Under the pieces are notes generated by a model. It was not told the origin of the DNA, did not search any database, and saw only the letters and a program-made list of their open reading frames with translations. A stretch of 64,000 bases of DNA, from contig JASLBE010000062.1 of the NCBI GenBank assembly GCA_030146705.1, positions 5,321-69,320 on the forward strand. Direction: 5' to 3'. Each line of letters begins with the position of its first letter. Positions within the stretch are counted from its first letter, which is position 1. This document shows positions 18,140-26,845 of this stretch, piece by piece. This DNA is from Tissierellales bacterium. GTDB taxonomy: Bacteria; Bacillota; Clostridia; Tissierellales; Tissierellaceae. Position numbers and translations under genes: made by a program.

Positions 18140-20612
18140 CTAAAAACTCCTCATCTTCCTTATCTTTCTTCCATTTCTTAAACCTTTTAAAAGCAAAGAA
18201 GGCTAAAGCTATTAAAACTAACCCTAGGAAGGGTTTTTTAACTTTATCTAGGAAGGTCTTTTCCTCCTCCATAGGAAACTCCTCGATACCAGGGTCAAAA
18301 CCCTCCGATACATTTAGGCTAAAAGGCCTTCTAATCTCCTGCTCTTCTCCCCTGGAATCTTCAAAACTAAAAACTAGGTCTCCCTTTAAAATTCCTGGCT
18401 CAGTTGGAATTACTGATCCATCAAAAGACTCACTAGTACCAGGGGCAAAATTACCAATATAATAGGACCCATTTTCAGTTTGGAAGTCCCCATCTATCCT
18501 AACCATCATATTATAAAGGGTTGACTTTCCAGTATTATAAAATTCTGCCCCAATAGATACAGGCTCTCCAACTGAAGCATCAGGAAAGTAGTTTAACTCA
18601 GCCACTTCCAGCCTGGATTTTTGCACAACAGGCACTCCAATTAGTTCAGTAGCCTTGTATTCATCAAACTCCCCGTCCTCATATTCAAAATTAGCAGTTA
18701 TAATATGAGTTTTTGCAGCAGCATCTGGAATTGTAAACATAGTAATCTTCTTTTCAACCCTACCCTTAGGAGGGATACTATCTATATAAAATGTATTAGA
18801 AGAATTAACAGGAGTAAAGACAGAACTACCACCAGCAGGTGCATTATCTCCCTCGGCTACATTATCCTCAGCAGTAAGGAAGATTTTTATATTCTTAACT
18901 GCCTTGGAACTATTAGTATTATAAAATGACAGGGCCATTTCAAAGTTTTTACCAGCCTCTACCATACCACTTGAAAAAGAATACTTGTCTAAAATTAATT
19001 TAGGAGTACTTTTTTTATCCCCCTCACTGTTGGGATTGTCTACAAAAATACCTAAAAATTGGTCTAAAGTGTACTTATCATCCCCCTCAGAAAGGTCATC
19101 TACATTTTCAACCTTAATATTAATAGGATAATTTTTAGTAGGAGTTTTTTTACTAGCATAAAAGGAAAAGCTAATATGTCTTTTCTCATTAACATCTAGG
19201 GAATCTATTTTTATAGTAGAGACAGACTTGGGAACCAAACCATCTCCATCAGGCAGGTCAGCCTTAATTACAATATCCCTAGCAAGACTCCCCCCCCTAT
19301 TCCTAAGGTCAAAGGAAATTGTTCCAGTTGCATTGGGACCAATTTTCGCAGGAGCCTTAATATTTTCTATAATTAGGCTAGAATTAGAATTACTAGCCCC
19401 CTTAACAGGTATGAAAAACTCATGGTCCTCTTCTAAGTTTTTCCCTCTAAGATTCTTGTAGTCAATTTTAAGCTTTAGGCTATGGTTGCCTGACTTTAGC
19501 TTCCTGGAAACCCTTATGGGGAACCTAACAGAGTGGAAGCCCTTGCCGGACAAGTAAGGAAGGGTATGCCTATTGGTTCCAGAAGCCAGGGAAAACTTAT
19601 CAGTATCTAGGCCTTCTAGAGAAACCCTTATATCCCTAACAGGTATAATGCTTAAGTTTCTTAGGTCAAAATCCACCCAGACAATATCTCCAGGCAGGAT
19701 ATTCATAGAAGAAAAGCTTACATCATCAACAATTAGCTGGCTGTCTTCCCCATCTCCCTCTACCCTAAGGTAAACAGTATCACTAGATGAAAAGGCTTCA
19801 TCGTTACCATTATAGTAGTGGAAATTTACCTTTATAGGATAGGTTTTTTCTTCAGCAAACCTATCTACCTCAAACCTAAAATCTAGGGTCTTGTCACTTC
19901 CACGACCTAGCCTTGAAATATCTTCATAGCCAGAACCATCAATAAAGATGCCACTATTTTCCTCTAAGGATATAGAGGTGGAAACATTGTAGGCAGAAGT
20001 TTCAGAAGTATTTTTTATCTTAATTGAAAGCCTAGGCCTATCACCAGCCTTGGCAAGAGTAGTTTTATTTCCAACTACGACTACCTTGGGTTCCTTACTG
20101 TCCCTATCATCTTTAGGGCTGGTTGTGTCATCAATAGTTGGTGGCTTAGAACTAGTGGTATCCTCATCTTCATACCTAGCCTTATAAATATCAATATTAT
20201 AGTTACTAGACTTAGGCAGTAAACTACCATCTGGGCCCTTTAAGTCATAGGATAGGGTTACAGGAAGGTTGGTATTTTTCCCACCCTTATAGATTAGGGG
20301 GAAGCTAATAGAAGCCTCCTTGTTGTTAAAGTCTAGATTTTTTTCATTTACCTCTCCTACTAGTTTAAATTGAGAACTAGAGTTTAACTTCAGCCTAGGA
20401 TTATATATTTGCTCCTTGGCCTCATCCTTAAAAGTCATAGTTAGGGTAAATTTTTCATTCTTTCCCAGGTCTGTCTTAGACCCAGACTCTGTTTTTATAC
20501 TGTAAGACTTAAGTATAATAGGGCTACTAGCCCCAACCACTAGGCTGGGTACAAAAGCCAGCAAAATACTTAAAACTAAGATTATCGAAATTTCTTTTTT
20601 AAAATTCTCCAT
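18132..20612 (-). CDS. Large surface protein with multiple CARDB/Ig-like repeats and a C-terminal membrane anchor
   Basis: 826 aa. Signal peptide, at least six beta-rich repeats of ~90-110 aa, a TTSSKPPTIDDTTSPKDD linker, a C-terminal TM (FLGLVLIALAFFAF) and a basic/acidic tail. The repeat assignment is by eye. Confidence 0.6.
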   Translation of the reverse strand: MENFKKEISIILVLSILLAFVPSLVVGASSPIILKSYSIKTESGSKTDLGKNEKFTLTMTFKDEAKEQIYNPRLKLNSSSQFKLVGEVNEKNLDFNNKEASISFPLIYKGGKNTNLPVTLSYDLKGPDGSLLPKSSNYNIDIYKARYEDEDTTSSKPPTIDDTTSPKDDRDSKEPKVVVVGNKTTLAKAGDRPRLSIKIKNTSETSAYNVSTSISLEENSGIFIDGSGYEDISRLGRGSDKTLDFRFEVDRFAEEKTYPIKVNFHYYNGNDEAFSSSDTVYLRVEGDGEDSQLIVDDVSFSSMNILPGDIVWVDFDLRNLSIIPVRDIRVSLEGLDTDKFSLASGTNRHTLPYLSGKGFHSVRFPIRVSRKLKSGNHSLKLKIDYKNLRGKNLEEDHEFFIPVKGASNSNSSLIIENIKAPAKIGPNATGTISFDLRNRGGSLARDIVIKADLPDGDGLVPKSVSTIKIDSLDVNEKRHISFSFYASKKTPTKNYPINIKVENVDDLSEGDDKYTLDQFLGIFVDNPNSEGDKKSTPKLILDKYSFSSGMVEAGKNFEMALSFYNTNSSKAVKNIKIFLTAEDNVAEGDNAPAGGSSVFTPVNSSNTFYIDSIPPKGRVEKKITMFTIPDAAAKTHIITANFEYEDGEFDEYKATELIGVPVVQKSRLEVAELNYFPDASVGEPVSIGAEFYNTGKSTLYNMMVRIDGDFQTENGSYYIGNFAPGTSESFDGSVIPTEPGILKGDLVFSFEDSRGEEQEIRRPFSLNVSEGFDPGIEEFPMEEEKTFLDKVKKPFLGLVLIALAFFAFKRFKKWKKDKEDEEFLDE

Positions 20613-21336
20613 AGGTAAATGCCTCCCTTTTTCCGTGCTTAATAACTTCCTTATTTATAATTTCTTCAATTATATTTCCATCCCTTAGGTGGATAATTCT
20701 ATGGACATAATCAGAAATTTCATCATCATGGGTAACTATTATTAATGTCTGATTATATTCATAGGCCATATTTGTCATAAGATCCATAATTTCAAAGGTA
20801 GTCTTGGTGTCAAGATTTCCCGTAGGCTCATCTGCAAAGATAATACTAGGCTTATTAACAAAGGCCCTGGCAATACTAACCCTTTGCTGTTGGCCACCAC
20901 TCATTTCTGTTGGCCTGTGGTGGAGTCTTTTCCCAAGCCCCACAGCTACTAGCATCTCCTTGGCCATTTTTTCTCTTTTTTTCTTGGCTACTCCTTGGAA
21001 GGTTAAGCCTAGGCTAACATTTTCAAGGGCAGATAAGGTTGGGATAAGATTATAGGACTGGAAGATAAAACCCACATACTTCCTCCTAAAGTTGGTAATT
21101 CTTTCTTCTGTCATCTTGTGGATTTTGTGCTTGTTAATAATTATTTCCCCACTAGAGGGCTTTTCCAGCCCAGCCATCATATTTAAAAGAGTTGATTTAC
21201 CACTGCCAGATGTACCTAAAAGGCAGATAAATTCCCTTTCCTTTATTTCAAGGTCTATGTTATTTAGGGCTATTATTTTTTCACCACCCATTTTATAGAC
21301 TTTTTTTAAGTTTTTAATATTAATTAAATTAGTCAA
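20599..21336 (-). CDS. ABC transporter ATP-binding protein (MacB/LolD-type)
   Basis: TTG start 5 nt after GGAGGTG. Walker A GTSGSGKST, signature MSGGQQQRV, Walker B IIFADEPT. Confidence 0.9.
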   Translation of the reverse strand: MTNLINIKNLKKVYKMGGEKIIALNNIDLEIKEREFICLLGTSGSGKSTLLNMMAGLEKPSSGEIIINKHKIHKMTEERITNFRRKYVGFIFQSYNLIPTLSALENVSLGLTFQGVAKKKREKMAKEMLVAVGLGKRLHHRPTEMSGGQQQRVSIARAFVNKPSIIFADEPTGNLDTKTTFEIMDLMTNMAYEYNQTLIIVTHDDEISDYVHRIIHLRDGNIIEEIINKEVIKHGKREAFTYGEF

Positions 21337-21433
21337 ACTTTCACCTCCAGCTTAAAATTTATCCTATCATTAATAAGTGACTAGAGTGTAACAAAAAGGT
21401 TAAAGATTTTAAAGTGTATATTTATAGGCTAAG

Positions 21434-21462
21434 TATATACTTTATTTACATAAAATTGTCAA
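21434..21462 (-). promoter_or_regulatory. Sigma-A promoter of the ABC / surface-protein operon
   Basis: Minus strand: TTGACA (21462-21457), 17-nt spacer, TATATA (21439-21434). Confidence 0.55.
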
Positions 21463-21538
21463 TGGGTTATAGGATAGAAAAGGGCTTATTTTCAAGAGAA
21501 TTAAAAAAATAAATTAAGACTGGTAAAAATCCTAAATA

Positions 21539-21567
21539 TTGAAGAAGAATATATACTATGATATAAT
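21539..21567 (+). promoter_or_regulatory. Strong sigma-A promoter of kal-kce
   Basis: TTGAAG (21539-21544), 17-nt spacer ending in TGa, TATAAT (21562-21567). Confidence 0.65.
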
Positions 21568-21614
21568 GGTTGTGTTAAGGATTTTATAGATTAAAAATTA
21601 TGGAGGTATAGGAT

Positions 21615-22001
21615 ATGGAAAACGAAGTAATGATAAGATTAAGAATGAGCGCTCACGATGCTCACTATGGTGGTAACTTAGTAGATGGAGCTAGAATGTT
21701 AGGTCTATTTGGAGATGTTGCTACAGAATTATTAATAAGAAACGATGGAGACGAAGGTTTATTCGTAGCTTATGACAATGTAGAATTTAAAGCACCAGTA
21801 TTTGCTGGAGACTATATAGAAGCAGTAGGAAGAATTGTTGAACAAGGAAATTCTTCAAGAAAAATGGAATTTGAAGCTAGAAAAGTTGTTATGCCAAGAA
21901 CAGATGTTGCTGATTCAGCAGCTGATTTCTTAGAAGAACCAGTACTAGTTGCAAAAGCTACAGGAACTTGTGTAGTACCAAAAGATAAGCAAAGAAAATA
22001 G
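21615..22001 (+). CDS. kal: 3-aminobutyryl-CoA ammonia-lyase (lysine fermentation)
   Basis: 128-aa hotdog-fold protein. [43 protein letters not shown] matches my recollection of Kal family proteins. Directly precedes kce. Confidence 0.75.
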   Translation: MENEVMIRLRMSAHDAHYGGNLVDGARMLGLFGDVATELLIRNDGDEGLFVAYDNVEFKAPVFAGDYIEAVGRIVEQGNSSRKMEFEARKVVMPRTDVADSAADFLEEPVLVAKATGTCVVPKDKQRK

Positions 22002-22065
22002 TTTATAGACATTTTATGAAGCAAGGGTGAGAGCTCTTGCTTTATTATAGTAAGGGGGATATTAA

Positions 22066-22887
22066 ATGGAAAAATTAATTATAACTGCTGCCATTTCAGG
22101 TGCAGAAGTAACTAAAGAACACAATGCAAACGTGCCTTATACAATTGAAGAAGTAGTAAATGAAGCTGTTGCAGCTTATGAAGCAGGAGCAAGTATAATT
22201 CACTTACATGTAAGAGAAGATGACGGAACTCCAACTCAATCTAAGGAAAGATTTAAAGAGGCTATAGACGCTATAAAGGCTAAATGTCCAGAGGTTATAG
22301 TACAACCATCTACAGGTGGAGCGGTTGGTATGACTGATGATGAAAGACTACAACCAACAGAACTTCACCCAGAAATGGCTTCACTTTCTACTGGTACAGC
22401 TAACTTTGGTGGAGATGAGGTATTTTTAAATACTGATACTTCTATTGAAAATTTCTGTAGAAAATTCCAAGAAAGAGGAGTTAAGCCAGAAATAGAAATA
22501 TTTGACAAGGGTATGGTTGATACTGCAAAAAGATATATTAAAAAAGGTATTATTAATACACCAGCTCACTTTGACTTCGTATTAGGAGTACAAATGAGTG
22601 GAGAAGCTAGAGACTTAGCTTTCTTAGTAGATAGTATACCAGAAGGTTCTACTTGGACAGTTGCAGGTGTTGGTAGGTATGAATTACCACTTGCTGCAAT
22701 GGCTATTACAATGGGCGGACACGTAAGGGTAGGATTTGAAGATAATATTTATCTAGGTAAGGGTCAAAAGGCTGAATCAAATGCACAATTAGTTGCTAGG
22801 ATAGCTGAACTTGCTAAATTATTAGGAAGAGAAGTTGCTACTCCAGATGAAGCTAGAGAAATCTTAAGCCTACCAGCAAGAAAATAG
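22066..22887 (+). CDS. kce: 3-keto-5-aminohexanoate cleavage enzyme (BKACE/DUF849 family)
   Basis: 273 aa. LIITAAISGAEVTKE....VPYT.EE...EA.AAYEAGASIIHLHVR and GGHVRVGFEDN are BKACE hallmarks. Adjacent to kal. Confidence 0.85.
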   Translation: MEKLIITAAISGAEVTKEHNANVPYTIEEVVNEAVAAYEAGASIIHLHVREDDGTPTQSKERFKEAIDAIKAKCPEVIVQPSTGGAVGMTDDERLQPTELHPEMASLSTGTANFGGDEVFLNTDTSIENFCRKFQERGVKPEIEIFDKGMVDTAKRYIKKGIINTPAHFDFVLGVQMSGEARDLAFLVDSIPEGSTWTVAGVGRYELPLAAMAITMGGHVRVGFEDNIYLGKGQKAESNAQLVARIAELAKLLGREVATPDEAREILSLPARK

Positions 22888-22901
22888 GAAATATTTAAAT
22901 T

Positions 22902-22941
22902 AAAAAAATCATCAAAAGCATATACTTTTGATGATTTTTTT
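22902..22941. terminator. Terminator after kce
   Basis: Perfect 11-bp stem ATCATCAAAAG-CATATA-CTTTTGATGAT, flanked by A7 and T6 runs. Confidence 0.9.
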
Positions 22942-23079
22942 ACTATAATTATAGGGGAAATATATAGGGCTAACTAATAAGGTATAAAAAAAGTATTGGC
23001 TAGCCAGGTAAGGAGTTTAAAATTTACCAGGAAATAAAACTGGGAAGAGAGTTAGATATATAAATAAGTTTCAGTTTAC

Positions 23080-23108
23080 ATAACTTTCACCTTGTGGAAG
23101 TTATTTTT
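23080..23108 (+). terminator. Terminator-like hairpin inside the arcC leader (possible attenuator)
   Basis: ATAACTTTCAC-CTT-GTGGAAGTTAT (11 bp, one G-U pair) followed by TTTT. Ends 28 nt before the arcC ATG. No promoter is visible between it and the gene. Confidence 0.4.
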
Positions 23109-23136
23109 ATGTGTAAAATTTTAAAGGGGAGATTAA

Positions 23137-24069
23137 ATGAAGAGAATAGTAGTGGCTTTAGGAGGAAATGCAATCTTAAGTGGTAATGAAGAGGGGAATT
23201 TTTTAAATCAATATAGGAATGTTGAAAAAACTTCTAAATTCTTGGTTGACCTAGTTAAGGAAGGCTATGAACTAGTAATAGGTCATGGTAATGGGCCCCA
23301 GGTAGGGAACCTGGTCCTACAAAATGAAATTGCTAGTGGGGAGGTTCCAGCCCTTCCTCTTCATGTTTTAACAGCTCAGACCCAAGGGTTTATAGGATAT
23401 ATGTTGGAAGAAACTTTAATGAACCAACTCCTGGCTGAAGGTATGGAGGAGGAAGTGGCTACAGTTTTAACTAGGGTTGAGGTTAGTAAGGACGATGAAG
23501 CCTTTAAAGACCCAACTAAGCCCATAGGAAGATTTTACACATTTGAAGAATATGAAGACTTAAAAGATAGGCAGGACTGGATAATTAAAAAGGATGCCAA
23601 TAGGGGCTATAGGAGGGTGGTTTATTCTCCTAGACCTAAAAAAGTTTTAGGGGTTGAGACTATAAAGAAGCTTTTGGAAGAAGGCAGGATTGTAATTGCT
23701 TCAGGTGGTGGAGGAATACCAGTAGTTTTAGAGGATGGTTCCTACAAGGGCGTTGAGGCTGTTATTGATAAGGATTTTACATCTTATAAGATGGCAGAAG
23801 GCATTGGGGCCGATGTGTTTATGATTTTAACAGATGTGGAAAATGTATGTATAAACTATGCCAGGGAGGATGAAAAAAAACTTACTAGGGTTAAAGTTTC
23901 TGAGATGGAAGAGTATATTGAAAAAGGTTATTTTGCCAAGGGGAGTATGCTACCAAAGGTAGAGGCAGCCATAGAGTTTGCTAAGCTTGGGAAAGAGGCC
24001 TATATTTGCTCTCTTGAAATGGCCAAGGAAGCCCTGGAGGGTAGGTCTGGAACAAAAATTGTCTTATAA
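23137..24069 (+). CDS. arcC: Carbamate kinase
   Basis: RIVVALGGNA, VIGHGNGPQVG, IASGGGGIPV and DKD.TS motifs. 310 aa. Confidence 0.9.
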   Translation: MKRIVVALGGNAILSGNEEGNFLNQYRNVEKTSKFLVDLVKEGYELVIGHGNGPQVGNLVLQNEIASGEVPALPLHVLTAQTQGFIGYMLEETLMNQLLAEGMEEEVATVLTRVEVSKDDEAFKDPTKPIGRFYTFEEYEDLKDRQDWIIKKDANRGYRRVVYSPRPKKVLGVETIKKLLEEGRIVIASGGGGIPVVLEDGSYKGVEAVIDKDFTSYKMAEGIGADVFMILTDVENVCINYAREDEKKLTRVKVSEMEEYIEKGYFAKGSMLPKVEAAIEFAKLGKEAYICSLEMAKEALEGRSGTKIVL

Positions 24070-24280
24070 AATTGGAATATCTAGAAAAAATGGTATAATT
24101 AAAGAGCTTACTTTCTATTTCTAAGACAGAAGATATAGGGTTTGTAGGTATATATACAGCCAATATAATTATACTGGCTGTATATATAGTCGAAAAATTA
24201 AAAAAATAGCTTAATAATGCATACTTTTAGAAAAAGGTCTGCTATAATGAAGATAGAATAAAAATAGGAGGTAATTTATA

Positions 24281-25135
24281 ATGTTAGTTACAGGTAAAGA
24301 AATTCTTTTAGATGCACAGAAAAATGGTTATGGAGTAGGTGCTTTTAATGTTAATAATATGGAAATAATCCAGGCTATAATAGAGGCTGCTGAGGAGACT
24401 AGGTCTCCTGTTATCCTTCAAGCAAGTCAAGGTGGAATAAACTATGCTGGAATAGAGTATATAGCAGCTCTTGCTAAAACAGCAGCAGAAAAAGCAACAG
24501 TTCCAGTGGCTATACACTTAGACCACGGGACAGACTTCAAGCAAATCATTGGTTGCATAAGACATGGTTTCTCATCTGTTATGATTGATGGATCTAAGTA
24601 TGAGTTTGAAGAAAATATAGATAAGACTAGGGAAGTTGTAGAGATTGCCCATGCAGTAGGCGTTAGTGTTGAGGCGGAACTTGGAAAAATTGGTGGTACA
24701 GAAGATGATATAACTGTCCACGAAAAGGATGCAACTTTCACAGATCCAAAAGAAGCAAAAGAGTTTGTAGAAAGAACTGGGGTGGATTCCTTGGCCATAG
24801 CAGTTGGGACTGCCCATGGGGTTTATAAGGGTGAGCCTGATATAGATTTTGATAGGATTTCAGAAATCAGGAAGCTAGTAGAGGTACCTCTTGTTCTTCA
24901 CGGCTCATCTGGGGTTGCCTATGATGACTTAAGGGAGGCTATTTCAAGAGGGATTTGTAAGATAAATATTGATACAGACTTAAGGGCTGCCTTTACTAGG
25001 GCTATCCACAAATTTGTTGAAGAGAATCCAGAAGTTATAGACCCAAGAAAAATCTTAGGTCCTGCTAAAGAGGCTATGAAGGAAACTATAAAAGAAAAGA
25101 TGGAAGTATTTGGATCTGTTGGCAAGGCAAAATAG
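24281..25135 (+). CDS. fba: Class II fructose-1,6-bisphosphate aldolase
   Basis: [38 protein letters not shown]. Confidence 0.9.
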   Translation: MLVTGKEILLDAQKNGYGVGAFNVNNMEIIQAIIEAAEETRSPVILQASQGGINYAGIEYIAALAKTAAEKATVPVAIHLDHGTDFKQIIGCIRHGFSSVMIDGSKYEFEENIDKTREVVEIAHAVGVSVEAELGKIGGTEDDITVHEKDATFTDPKEAKEFVERTGVDSLAIAVGTAHGVYKGEPDIDFDRISEIRKLVEVPLVLHGSSGVAYDDLREAISRGICKINIDTDLRAAFTRAIHKFVEENPEVIDPRKILGPAKEAMKETIKEKMEVFGSVGKAK

Positions 25136-25146
25136 GGGGAAATAAC

Positions 25147-25794
25147 ATGAAGCTTTTTATAGATACAGCAAATGTAGATGAGATTAGGGAAATAGCTAGC
25201 TGGGGTGTTCTTGATGGTGTTACTACCAACCCTAGCTTAATAGCCAAGGAGGCTAGAGATTTTAAGGAAGTTATAGGTGAAATATCTAGTATTGTAGATG
25301 GGCCCATTAGTGCTGAGGTTATAGCGACTGACCATAAGGGGATGGTTGATGAGGCTGTGGAACTTGCTAAGATATCTAAGAATATTATTATTAAAATCCC
25401 AATGACTAGTGAGGGGCTAAGGGCAACAAGTGAGCTTAAGAAAATGGGAATAAGGACCAATGTGACCTTAATATTTTCTCCCCTGCAAGCACTTTTAGCT
25501 GCTAGGGCTGGTGCTAGTTATGTAAGTCCTTTTGTTGGAAGGCTTGATGATATTGGGACTAATGGTATGGACCTTGTTGAAACTATAGGAGAAATTTTTA
25601 TGGTCCACGGGATAGACTCAGAAATAATTGCTGCTAGTATAAGAAGTCCAAAACATGTTTTAGATGCTGCTAGGGCTGGTTCAGATATTGGGACTATACC
25701 TTATAAGGTTTTTAAGCAGATGCTGGACCACCCCCTAACAGATTCAGGGATAGAAAAATTTTTAAAAGACTGGGAAGATGTAAAGTCTAAATAA
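25147..25794 (+). CDS. tal: Transaldolase / fructose-6-phosphate aldolase (short type 3B)
   Basis: [37 protein letters not shown] and SPFVGRLDD. 215 aa. Confidence 0.9.
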   Translation: MKLFIDTANVDEIREIASWGVLDGVTTNPSLIAKEARDFKEVIGEISSIVDGPISAEVIATDHKGMVDEAVELAKISKNIIIKIPMTSEGLRATSELKKMGIRTNVTLIFSPLQALLAARAGASYVSPFVGRLDDIGTNGMDLVETIGEIFMVHGIDSEIIAASIRSPKHVLDAARAGSDIGTIPYKVFKQMLDHPLTDSGIEKFLKDWEDVKSK

Positions 25795-25805
25795 GGAGTG
25801 TTATA

Positions 25806-26771
25806 ATGGATAGAAATTTAGCTTTAAATTTAGCTAGGGTAACAGAGGCGGCAGCGTTATCCAGTGCAAAGTTACTTGGTAAGGGTGATAAAAATGAGGC
25901 CGACCAAGCAGCTGTTGATTCAATGAGAAGAATGTTTGATACAGTTGATATCGATGGAGAGGTTGTAATTGGTGAAGGGGAGATAGACGAGGCTCCAATG
26001 TTATATATTGGGGAACAAATTGGTAAGGCTGGAGAAAATAGTTTGAAGGTTGATATAGCAGTTGACCCTTTAGATGGAACTACTTCAGTTGCCAATGGTC
26101 TTCCAAATGCCATATCTGTTGTAGCGATTGCTCCTAGGGACTGCCTACTTAAGGCACCGGATGTTTATATGAATAAGATAGCTGTTGGACCAGAGGCCAA
26201 GGGGTCTATTGATATAAATAAGTCTGTTACTGAAAATATTAAAAGTGTTGCCAAGGCTTTGAAAAAAGATATTTCTGAAGTTACTGTAACTATTTTAGAC
26301 AGGCCTAGACACGATGATATGGTGGCAGAGGTTAGGAATTTAGGGGCTAGGATAAAAATGATTTCAGATGGAGATGTCCTGGCTGCAATTTCAACTTGCT
26401 TTGATACGGGTGTTGATATACTAATGGGAATTGGTGGAGCGCCTGAGGGTGTTTTAGCGGCTGTTGCCCTAAAATGTCTAGGTGGAGATTTTCAAGGTAT
26501 CTTAGCTCCTAAGGGAGAGGCCCAAGAGGAAAGATGTAAGAAAATGAATGTGGAAGTTGGCAAGGTATTTAAGATAGATGACCTAGTTGTTGGAAATGAA
26601 GCTGTTTTTGCAGCTACTGGGGTTTCCCATGGAGAACTTCTAGAGGGTGTTAAGTACTATAGTAGTAATAAGGCTTCAACTCACACAATTGTAATGAGGG
26701 CGGAAACTGGTACAATTAGGTTTATAGAAGCAGTCCACCAGCTTGATAAAAAGCCAGAATATGCTAAATAA
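25806..26771 (+). CDS. glpX: Class II fructose-1,6-bisphosphatase
   Basis: LARVTEAAALSSAKLLGKGDKNEADQAAVD..R, AVDPLDGTT and GGAPEGVLAA motifs. 321 aa. Confidence 0.92.
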   Translation: MDRNLALNLARVTEAAALSSAKLLGKGDKNEADQAAVDSMRRMFDTVDIDGEVVIGEGEIDEAPMLYIGEQIGKAGENSLKVDIAVDPLDGTTSVANGLPNAISVVAIAPRDCLLKAPDVYMNKIAVGPEAKGSIDINKSVTENIKSVAKALKKDISEVTVTILDRPRHDDMVAEVRNLGARIKMISDGDVLAAISTCFDTGVDILMGIGGAPEGVLAAVALKCLGGDFQGILAPKGEAQEERCKKMNVEVGKVFKIDDLVVGNEAVFAATGVSHGELLEGVKYYSSNKASTHTIVMRAETGTIRFIEAVHQLDKKPEYAK

Positions 26772-26787
26772 GATTAGCAAAAACTTA

Positions 26788-26828
26788 AGATCTAAGGTAT
26801 AATTTTTTATACCTTAGATTTATTTTAT
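26788..26828 (+). terminator. Terminator after glpX
   Basis: TCTAAGGTATAA-TTTT-TTATACCTTAGA perfect 12-bp stem, extendable, followed by a T-rich tract. Confidence 0.8.
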
Positions 26829-26845
26829 AGTTAGGAGGTGGAAAG

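Noticed and set aside
24151-24186. Perfect 12-bp (extendable to 14-bp) hairpin TATATACAGCCA-N12-TGGCTGTATATA between arcC and fba, considered as the arcC terminator or an fba leader element.
   Set aside because: There is no U tract on either strand. It lies between two extended -10-like elements (TGgTATAAT at 24092-24100 and TGcTATAAT near 24240), so its role is ambiguous. I cannot support a specific call from sequence alone.
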